Source: Hormiphora californensis (lineage: Eukaryota > Animalia > Ctenophora). From it: a stretch of 64,000 bases of DNA. The stretch covers positions 6,634,001-6,698,000 of the forward strand of contig CM035356.1 in the NCBI GenBank assembly GCA_020137815.1. The letters are read 5' to 3'. Below the pieces are notes generated by a model. The model worked only from the letters and a program-made list of their open reading frames with translations. It did no database searches and had not been told where the DNA came from. Positions 11,693 to 22,394 of the stretch are shown one piece after another. How positions within the stretch are numbered: the first letter of the stretch is position 1; every line of letters starts with the position of its first letter. Both the position numbers and the translations under genes were made by a program.

Positions 11693-13592
11693 TTACACAG
11701 CTCTATCAATTTGCCAATGATGATTCTTGTTATTGACGTACTTCACTTTAACAGTTCCAATCCACAGCCCATCTCCGCTCATTCCCATTATCCAGTTTGG
11801 CCAGTATCTGTGGGATTAAAAAACATTAATCGGATACCTGGAAGATGGGGGGAACAAGCTTGTAGACTCAAGAGTAATTAATTGAGCTCAGGATAATTAA
11901 TTAACTAGTAACTATTAATTACTAATTTACTCGCCTGTTGTAGATGACAAGTTGATCCCCAAACTCAAGGGTAGCTTTGTGGTAATTATGCTCGTGTACA
12001 ATTCGCCAATGACAGGCTGTGTTGCCCCACGCGCTATACCGCCAAAACACGTAATAATTAAAGCTCCCCATACACAGAATCATCCTGGAAAGGTAGGTTT
12101 AGTTCACAACAATATTAATATATAAAACACGTATATATATTGACAATGTCTTAGCCTGCATGAGTCACACATTGTGATGTTATATTCTAATTGAGCTGTG
12201 TTGTACTTACTCTGGACGATGGGCATTTCGAATGAAACTGTAATGATTCCTTCCCATGATGAGCTGCTTTCCTCCTCCAACGTCTGTCATCTTGAGAGAG
12301 ATTGGAGCACGGCCGTCCAGACGGGGGTAATCATTTACAGCGGTAGATATAAACTTCTTACTCCCAATACTCTTTATAAACATGGTCTTGGTCGCATCGA
12401 GTGTTTTTTCTGAGACCAGCAGCTCCTTAATCCTATCTTCCAGCTTCCTCGCAGTGTCCTTGTATTTACCAACAATCTCAGCTGCAAAATCCGTAGAGTT
12501 GAGCGTTTTGAAGAGATCTTGGACGTTAGCCCTGGCTGTTATCGAGTCACGTTGAATCTGCTCCACCTTCCGCCAGCCAGGCTGGGAAAGGAAAGAAAAT
12601 TCTGCTTTCTTCAGCACTTTCATGTTACTGCACCTTTCTTCCGCGTTCATAAGAGCTACAGTAATCGCCATAACCCTGTCCGTGACCCGCTGTCTTTTGA
12701 AGACGAAATGTTTGAAAGCTGCTGGTGTGCCCGGGACGGTCCAGAGTCCAGTGTACTCGATTTTTTTCACTGCTGGGTTGTCCAGGACACTCTTTCCGAA
12801 ATTTACTACATACTGGATAGCGCTTTCCACGTTGGGCAGAAATGGCGGTGTGCTGCTGCCACTCGCCCAGCTATTGATCGAAATCGAGGTACTAGATTGG
12901 ATTTCCCTCATATAGTACTCGAATAATTTTCGATCAGCACCGCTGTCTACGGTACCGTTGTGTGTATTACCATTGTGGAAGTTCCATGTTATATTCCTCA
13001 GATTTATGTCGAACTTACGCTTCTCCTCCTTGGAATTGCTAGTAAACTTCACGACCACGAACACTTTTCCCCCGCTAACGATGTTCCGTTGATAGTGTGT
13101 GCCGTATCGTTCGACAAATTCCTCGAACCTGCCCCCCTCTAGCATTGCAGCAGCATCTTGCTTGTAGCCAGTGGCAGCCTCGTACTCTGTGTCCGTGACT
13201 GCATCCACCGAGGCAATCAGAACGGTGTCCAGACTTGTCATGTTTGTTTTCCAGAGGAATCCAATGGAGCCTCCTCCTCCACCCCTCCCCATCACGTTTG
13301 CAGAAAGGGAGACACCTACTTGTATCTTCTTTATGAACTCTTCCTTCGTCTCACAGAACTTCATTTGGTACTTCATGTTTATAAAGCTGCTTTTCAGGAA
13401 GTGCTCTTTGGAAACTTCTACTGCATTGGTGTAGGTCCGTTGCAAAGTTATTGTGTTGTACCCCGTTCCGAATTCCTTCTTGTTCGTTGGGTAGTAGTCG
13501 TTGATCATTATCTTTCCCCTGATGTTGTCATGCTTGTAGGCGAAAGTCGAATGAGCCGCGAAGGCGACCAAGATCAGGAGAGGAGAAAACAT
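11693..13592 (-). CDS. Secreted MACPF-domain pore-forming-like protein with probable C-terminal beta-trefoil, 3 exons
   Basis: Signal peptide MFSPLLILVAFAAHSTFA; MACPF signature YGTHY-x6-GG (FVERYGTHYQRNIVSGG); exons 13592-12211, 12084-11935, 11807-11693. Confidence 0.85.
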
Positions 13593-14771
13593 AGCGATAT
13601 ATGGAAGAAGGGGCAAGAGGGCGGGTTTTAAAGGTTCACAGCTTGACATGGTAATTGGCGACCTTACTCTCTAACTTTTAAGCGTTCATGGTTTGACAGC
13701 CACTCTAACAAAGAACAATACGGAAGGAGTCTGTGGCCTGGCCGACTATAATAGTTGTCGATATGATCAGTCCTTTGATGAGAACTGTGCCTGGACAAAA
13801 GGAACAAAACACAACAAGATTATTGGGGGGGGCAATTATTGCAGCAGCTGCAGATCAGTTCTGAGAGATTTATTGGGCACGTCGCGGCCAAAAGAGATTT
13901 ACTGCTGTCAAAAGAAGAGGGGTGGATAGGAATTACAGTTCGTGCTAATCAATTCCTGGGACTAGTTTGAACTGTTCTCGTCTCTCTGATCCTCTTTTTA
14001 AATTCTCGCCCTCTTTCCTGGGACTAGTTTGAACTGTTCTCGTCTCTCTGATCCTCTTTTTAAATTCTCGCCCTCTTTCCCTGGCTTTCCTTCTCTATTT
14101 TATATTCTCCAGAATAAAAAAAGAGAATCAGAGGGGAGAAATGAGAACAGTTCAAATTGAGAAAGGTTAGAGGGGATATAATCTTGCCTCGCTCGACCAT
14201 TGCGCCCCAGGATATAAAATAGGGAGGGAATGTGGTATCAAAAATTGGCTCAAAATGAATATGAGTAATACTCATATATATTCATTTTGAGCCAATGTTT
14301 GATAACACATTGTACCACCATTTGTTTTGGGAGACATGTTCGAGCAAGGCAAGCTACCAGTTCATTCTATAACTGTAACCAACCGTTCGAATGATGGGGA
14401 AATCTTCTAAAAATAGTGCACCAGTTGCAGGGCACCAGTCATAGGTAACGCATTGTAGTTTTCATACTTACCAATGAAAATGCTGGGTTAAATGTAAAAT
14501 TATTAGGTTATAAGAATAGGAATAAATTAAATTGTATTTAAAGAATAACAAAATGTGTGTATTGACTATTGAGGGAGAAAATATCAGTAGTAAGTATTCT
14601 AGTACATAGTAACAATAATCTGTACATATATATCTGAATGATATCTTTCAGAACCGAGCCGGGACCCAGAACCCTTCTGATATTCAAGTCACTTTCACCA
14701 CCCCTGTACCTAACTAAGCACTGCCCCTACCCTATAAAATCTTATCAATTCCTCGTCAAGAATATATATTC

Positions 14772-14880
14772 CAGGAACCGACCGAAACAAGTAAACAACC
14801 AATCAGAACTCGTTATTTAGGTCACGTGACTGGTTATCAGCCAATCAGGGACTAGTATTTCCTGATTCGGTCGGTTCCTG
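14772..14880 (+). mobile_element. hAT-type MITE (family A), 109 bp
   Basis: TIRs; 8-bp TSD atatattc. Confidence 0.9.
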
Positions 14881-15051
14881 ATATATTCAGTACGTTAGAA
14901 CCTAATATCATCGAGAAATATCCCTGTTCTCCAATTAAACAGCGAAACAATATCACAGCTTGATCACTCGAGATTATAAGATGGTAATATATGCCGCAAA
15001 AGAGGGGTATAATAAACATACTAGATCGTTAATTAAAATTAAAAAGAGTCA

Positions 15052-16754
15052 CTACGCATTTAGGAGTTGATCCTTATCATCTGATTCACCCTCGTCTGTT
15101 GATGGCGGTGGGTTCGATGGGGGTGTTGGGGGTCTCTCAGACTCAACCAAAGGTTTAAACTCTACCGTTGTTGTTGATGATTGTTTTACTACTACTTTGG
15201 TCCTGAAAATATATTTAGTAAGAAGGTGATATAGTGTTTAGGAGTTAGGTCGTTTTTTTTGTCTTGTTGAAGAACGGCTGTGTAGTCCCAGTCTGTACAA
15301 TATAAAATGGAAGTTTTTAGTCATGTTTTTTACATCAATCTATCATATAGTGTTTAGTTTTACTGTCACGTATCTAATCTAATTAATCTGGTGTCTAGTT
15401 GTCAGTGTCTGAAGCAGATTGTCTTTAGTTGTCAGTGTCTGAGCAGATTGTCTTTAGAGTTGTCAGTGTCTCTGTCAGCTCCGTGAAACAGTCCTATTGA
15501 CATACAACAAATCAGTGTTACTATTCCTGGCCCCTCCAGCTCCAGACGTTGATCCAGTTGGTCGTCTGACTTTCTTTAGGCTATGTTCTGAAGATTGACA
15601 CCCACACAGAGATTTGAGGCATCCACACAGCCTACTACACAAATATAATGGTAACCTAGGGGAATCAGGATTAGTTATCACGGTAACAGACATGTTAACA
15701 CCAATTGTTAACTTCTCGTTGACATCTAATTATTGTCAATCAAGCCAGATCGGTCACAATTTAGACGTTTGTGTGACGTTCATGGCGGACGCGAGGTTAT
15801 CAAAATGGAGTTCCTTGCGCGGCGCGCGGTCAATGACCATATATGGTCATCAAGTTTCGCGGTCAATGACCATAAATGGTCAAAAAAATTCTGAAAAGCT
15901 ATAAAAAATTAGTCAAAATCAAATGTTCAAGGCTTCAATTTTCAACTTTAAGATGTAAAATTGAACATACCATGTGCATACGCATGGAAGACAGCAGATG
16001 CTAATTAGACAAGAATTTCATCCACAATTTCGGTGTCATGGCGTCGGGTGGTTGTCCCTGTAATAACTCCATGTCTGTTTCTGGGTATTCATCATGTGGT
16101 AATTCATCGTGGGTCATGTGGTACCTGTTGGGTTGAGTACGTGGTAGCTGAACTATGTAATGCAGTAAAACCCGATTTACCGGGGAAAACCTTTTCACAC
16201 GAGTGGCCACGAGCATCCCGGTAAATCGGGGCCCGACTGTAAATTTGTGAAATTCCATATAAATACTAGTAGTAAATACCCCTCCCCCTCTAAGTCGAAT
16301 AGTTCATCATACATATATTGCCTGTGAATATGCATGACGAATCATCTATATTATAAAGCAGAGAACAGTGCAAGACAAAATTTGGGGGGGGGGGGTTTTA
16401 GGGTTTGCACGTGGAAAATTGACGTGTTGTTAGGGATGGTTGGTGGGGTTTGGGGAGTTGCCATGATGGTGGGCAAGAGTGTTAATACTGCACGTGCATG
16501 TTGTTGGGTGTTTTATTGCGTGTTCCTGTGGTGTTTTGTGGTGTTTGGCCATCTACTGCTGCGGCCCCGATGAATGCCAAAGATTTTCTACCAATTCGTA
16601 TCCCCTTTGATAACTCTACACAGCTCCAGTTCTACGGATCTTTATCACCTGATTCGGTATGTTCTTCAGCTGCAGTACTCTAAAGACTTCCCTGTACCAG
16701 CTTCCATTATATTCACCAGCCCGATATGAAGAAACGACGATAGAGAGAAAGAGG

Positions 16755-16800
<46 letters not shown>

Positions 16801-19800
16801 GGGGGGAGGGAATCGAATGATGGGGTGAGAGGGATAGAGAGAGAGGGGGATAGGGGATAGATGGAGACTATCCATTGGAGAGGGGACAGGGAAAGAGAGG
16901 GAGATGGAGAGGGGGAGAGAGAGACATGGAGATGGGGGGGGGGGAGGGGATGTTATAGGATTCCAACTGGCTGTAAGGGGGTTATGGGGTGAGTTGGTCA
17001 ACATAGCGGGGGCGGGGGGAAGGAGGGTGTTGGGGAATGATTATTCAATAATGTGGGGCGAGAGCAGTCAGTAGATATTGAGAGGATTCGATAGGGGTGG
17101 GGGAGTCAGTAGGGGGCGAGAGTAGTTTTGGGTCTTTTGCCTGGGCTCTCTAGTCTATATTATAAAGCAGAGAACAGTGCAAGACAATTGGTTTTTGGGG
17201 GGTTTTAGGGCTTGCACGTGCAAAATTGACGTGTTGTTAGGGGTGTTTGGTGGGGTTTAGGGCGTGCACGTGCGTGTGTAAAAGTTTTCTAAACTTGGGG
17301 GATAATAGCTTTTTGGAAAGAGCTTGAGATTATTTTTCTAATGAGCCCAAGATTTTCGGAATTGGCTGAGAAATAACTGAGTAATGGGGGAAATGGTGAA
17401 AAATGCGCCGAAAATGGGGACTTTTTAAACTGCTACAGAACACAGATTGAGAGAGGGGTGAGGGGAGTATTCATTATGGCGTTATAGGGGAGTGAATAGA
17501 GGGTGCGATGGAGTGAATAGGGGACAATATGATTCAGTAGTCAATAGGGGCCGAGGGGATTAAGAGGGCCGAGGGGGATAAGAGGGCTGAAGGGGATAAG
17601 AGGGGTGAAGACTGAGGGGAGTCAACAGGGGGAAGGGGGCGTGTAGTATGATCTCGCGACCGGAGGTGCCGCGAAGCGGCGCCGTAGGGAGCAAAGTAGG
17701 CATCAGTCAGGGATCGGGATTGAGAGGAGTCAATAGGGTGCGAGAGTTTTTTGTTCTTTTGCCTGGGCTTTCTAGTCTATATTATAAAGCAGAGATGGTT
17801 GCAAGACAAAATTTGGGGGAGGAGGGGTTTTTAGGGCTCGCACGTGCAAAATTGACGTGTTGTTAGGGGTAGTTGGTGGGGTTTGGGGAGTTGCCATGAT
17901 GGTGTGCAAGAGTGTTAATACTGCACGTGAATGTTGTTGGGTGTTGTATTGCGTGTTTCTGTGGTGTTTTGTGGTGTTTGGCCATCTACTGCTGCGGCCC
18001 CGATGAATGCCAAAGCCTTTCTACCAACGTATCCCCTTTAATAACTCTACACTGCTCTAGTTCAATAAATAATAGCCTTATAACGAATTGCAACTAAATA
18101 TAGTTCATTACCAAAGAAATTTCGCCGCGGGACAATGAAGCAATTTTACGGAAGAACGATTCGTTAACGATTCGCTAAATGAAATCGTTAAAATTCGTAA
18201 TTAGCTAGTTCCAATGTTGCTTGCAAAATAGCATGTTACAGACAACATAGTACCATCCCCCGGCCTCCGTGAAATTCTGGTAAGCCAAGGAAACTAAGAA
18301 AAACTTCTCGAATGGATGAGTACAATCCCCTCTCCTAGATAGCAGGATAAAAACCACAGGGTTATCTGTATTACAATACAGTTGCATATGTGTGATTATG
18401 AAACAGTGACATCAGTCTTATCGCATTTCTATAAACACGCCGTCGTTTCTGCTTGGTGTCTCATGTTGTATTGAAGCCGACTGTATATAATTCCTATCGT
18501 GTAAATGTTCCGTATAGTATTATGTTTCGAAGACAGAAGAAAGCCAGTTCCATTGCTAAAGAAGAGAGCTCTAATATAATAGTTGCTAAGGACAGTGTTG
18601 CTAAGGACGCTGTTGCTAAGGACGCTGTTGCTAAGGACGCTGTTGCTAAGGACGGTGTTGCTAAGGACGCTGTTGCTAAGGACGCTGTTGCTAAGGACGC
18701 TGTTGCTAAGGATGATGAGTGGGAACTACTTAGTTCAGATTCAGAATTCCATGATGCAGAACATTGTCCGCCGGAACAAGGTTAGTTTGAATGTATTGGC
18801 TTCCGGGATAGTTATTCATGATGTTTGATAATAACAGCGGCGAACAAGAATATTTGAACTGCATGTGCAGTAAAACCCTGACCCATTCTCGTTTCTCTCG
18901 GAGCGCGCGAGAACTGTGGTCAGAGCATTGGCGTGACAGGTAAAACCCCGAATAACTAGACCTCAATTTACCGGGGAGGATTCGGTCGAGTCCGGTAAAC
19001 CGAGGTTTGACTATAACATAAAGATCATAATGCAATTGCAAGTGCAACAAATAACTTACCAACAACCACGAAATCCCCTTAAACACGGCCATCTAGTTGG
19101 ATTAGGGTAGGTGCAGCACGTGGTGGGTTGTCTAGTACATCGGGAATCAACGGTAGACGTTTTAAACACTTTCCCACATCCCCTGCAGAGTTTTGAATTG
19201 GTTAATTACTGTTGGCTATTACAATCGTGCACACACTCTGAGTATAACTTTGCCTTGCTCGACCCTCTCTCACCGCACGATGGCAGACACTACAGATATT
19301 GTAAAGGATATCTAGATCACACTCACTCGCAGAGATATTCACCCCCTTCTTCAACTACCGAGATGCGCACTTCCCCAGCACTAGTTGGTTCATCCCCTAG
19401 AGAGTGTTGACCTGAAAACGAGACGGCATAACAGTGAAACCTCGATTTAACGGAACCCTAAACGTCGAAAATTGTACCGAATTGCCACAGTACATATTTG
19501 AAAGACTATAGTGGTGGTAGTAAGGAAGTAAGATTGTCACGGATTGTCAGAGACCTACCTAACGGGTTTTTTAGGTAAACCGATCTGGTAGTCCAAGAAG
19601 TGTCAGCTGTGTCAGAGTCATTATGAGATCGAGACTCATCCGCGATGTTGTCACTACCTGGTTCGTCGCTTCTACTGTCACTAGCTGTCAGGTCGCTTCT
19701 ACTGTCATAATCTATTGTTGACATGATCTGTTTCTGTCAGAGTCTTTATCTGTTTCTTTCAGAGTGTTTGTCAGAGTGTTTGTCAGAGTGTTTGTCAGAG

Positions 19801-20620
19801 TGTTTGTCAGAGTGTTTGTCAGTTTGTTTGTCTCAGTTTTAGTTACTTTCTGAGTTGGATAACGCTCTGTAGAATTTTGCCATGGAGATCTTGTGTAGAC
19901 CTTCCTGCACCTATTTGATATATAGTCTTGAAATGAAGGCTCCTGATATAGTCTTGCAGTTGAGACAGAGCCTGGGGCCTCTCCTTGTAGTCTTGAATTG
20001 GAGCTGCTGGGGCCACCTAGCTCCAAAAAGTGGCTGGGGTCGAGGTTGGGGTCGCTCCAGATAGCGGCGATGCTGGGATCGAGGCTGGGGTTGAGCAGCA
20101 CGTGTTTGTTACATGCTAAGGAAATAGGTTTCAGTTTTTATTGGGTAGAACTTATACATAAATCTAGCCATAAACAACTAGGTATAGAAAATACAAGCAA
20201 TTGCCCAAAACTAATATCACGGGAAGTTAACAGAGCAACAGTCAGAGAGATCCATCAAACTATAATTCATTTCTATCTCGCTTCTTCATTTCTTCCCCTC
20301 TCTTCTACAGTAGTAGCAAACTACTCTTTATATGCACCACTCTTTGTTAACTAGATTCTAGCTTCATTTGACGAGATTTCGTAGAACTGCCGTAGAAGTT
20401 ACAGAGTTATAGGGAGAACAATATAAGACATAAGTGAAGAGGGGCAAGTGAAGAGGGGCATTAGGGTGGGGAGAGAGGAAGAGGGGTATTAGGGTGGGGA
20501 GCTGGGGACTGCAGCGGCAACAAGGGGACAGCATTGTATGAAAGTTATAGGGTGGCTTGTAACTGGATTGTCCTCTATCTTTGACAGGTTGACCCGGGGG
20601 AAGGAATGAAAGGGTGCTGT
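15052..20620 (-). CDS. Unidentified multi-exon gene (or genes) with a Cys-rich segment and Pro/acidic tail
   Basis: Spliceable open segments near 20100-19845, 19725-19558, 19410-19060, 18365-18250, 16740-16650, 16148-15971, 15630-15505, 15202-15052 (last exon ...PPTPPSNPPPSTDEGESDDKDQLLNA*); no recognised family. Confidence 0.4.
16163..16240. mobile_element. Short pogo-like MITE
   Basis: cagtaaaacccgatttaccggg ... cccggtaaatcggggcccgactg|ta; relatives near 2437, 18868, 19431, 47886, 54785. Confidence 0.6.
16345..18060 (+). mobile_element. Tandem non-autonomous Helitrons
   Basis: 5' TCTATATTATAAAGCAGAGA at 16345, 17154, 17776; CTAG ends at 17153, 17775, 18060; array sits between host A and T. 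Confidence 0.75.
18582..18712 (+). repeat. 15-bp tandem repeat (VAKDA if translated)
   Basis: gttgctaaggacgct, about 9 copies. Confidence 0.9.
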
Positions 20621-20639
20621 ACAAGAACAATAGTCGAGA

Positions 20640-21744
20640 GTATAAGAGATAGAGAGCGATAGAGAGAGAGAGGAAGAGAGAGAGAGAGGGGAGAGAGAGG
20701 AGAGAGAGAGGAGATAGAGAGGAGAGAGATGATAGAGGAGAGGAGAGAGTGAGAGAGAGAGAGAGAGAGAAAGTGCAGAAGAGAGGAGAGATGAAGAAGA
20801 GCGAGAGAGAAGCGCAGAGAAGAGAGGAGAGGAGGGCAGAGGAGGGAGAGAGGGAGAGATGGCAGATACTCGAGAGCGAGAGAGAGAGAGAGGAGATAGA
20901 GAGAAGTTCTCTATCTTCTCTCTAGTACTATACTATCTCGTATCTCTCGTGCTACTACGTCTGCTCGATCGAAGCGATGATATAGTCTAGACTCTATATC
21001 GCTCTCTCCTCTCTCGTTCTTATCTCTCTCTCTCATCTCTTTCCACTCTCCGTCTCTCTCTCACTGGAACAATGGCAGAAGATCGGCACCTTAACGGACC
21101 TTGTTGTGCAGTGGGTAAAAAGAGGGGGGCCAATGAGAGAGAGGGGGGCAAGAGAGAAACATTCAGGAGAATCTTCTACGAGATACGCTTCAGGAACTTT
21201 TTGTGTCTACACATACCCCTCTTCTTACTAAGTATGTACTACTATTTCATGCTGGTTGAGTAATGGACAGGCTGTACCGGCCCAGTGGCCGATCTGAGCT
21301 GAGATAGATATAAAGAGGAGAATGTGGCACACGACATCACAAGATATAGTTCGTGCATTGAGTTCGTGCTCAGACTCAGAGCTGATTATCAACAATTGTT
21401 AGACCACACGATATACCAATTGCACAATCACTAATAGAACAAGATAGAGAATGGTACTGAGACATAGATCGCACTGATGACAAATTGAATATACGCCTAG
21501 TAAAGATGATGAGAAAGTGATCATCATGCTTAAGACTTCAATGCCATAGCTTCAATGTCTATAAGCACCCCGATCTGAGCACTGTTGCAATGCAAAACGG
21601 AATCTATTCCGAATGTACCTGAAATCTTGAATCTAAAAGACCTTGAATCTAGAAGAGCTTGAACCGAGAACATCTTGAATCTAGAAGATCTTGAACCGAG
21701 AACATCTTGAATCTAGAAGATCTTGATCTAGAAAGAGAGAGATG

Positions 21745-21780
<36 letters not shown>
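20640..21780. other. Error-rich GA/TC region containing protein-kinase-like fragments
   Basis: Broken microsatellites; frameshifted GTLTDLV...GGPMRERGARE and EENVAH(R)DI remnants. Confidence 0.35.
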
Positions 21781-21783
<3 letters not shown>

Positions 21784-22394
21784 AATTTAAAGAGGGACTA
21801 TTACATGCGAAAGTGCGGGGAGAAGGAAACTGTACGTTAGTACACTTTATGAAATCCAAAAGAAAAGATGTAAGAGCCGGTTTCTAATTACGCGGGAGTG
21901 TAAAAGCTCTTAGTAAATTTCCTAGTAGTTCTTTTATACATTACTATTTACTTGGAAATTGAAAATGCCATTCATATTATATCCCCAGAACTTTTTATTG
22001 AGTAACGAATATTCTATACCGTATATAATCCCTCATAGTGGGGCCCTTATTATAGTAGCAGTAGCTAATACTAATCATATACGACCTCCACTAGACCAAA
22101 CACCCCATACCAATCCCCTAAATTGGTCCTCCATACACATAATATGTACCTGGTAATGTAGCCATAATATGATGTTATAGCATCTGGTAATGTAGCCACT
22201 CTTTGTGCTTCCCATATACATAGTAATACCCATCGAAACTGGTAGAGATTATGCATTTATCAGATAAAATTGGTATGTACGTGTAAAAGATAACCCGAAT
22301 AACTTTGCGGATGGCATGTGTGTGTAAAAGATTACCCCAATAACTTTGCAGGTGGTATGTGTGTGTGTAGGAGATAACCCGAATAACTTTGCAG

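Noticed and set aside
12198-13631. Plus-strand ORFs over the MACPF gene
   Set aside because: Antisense shadows of the coding exon
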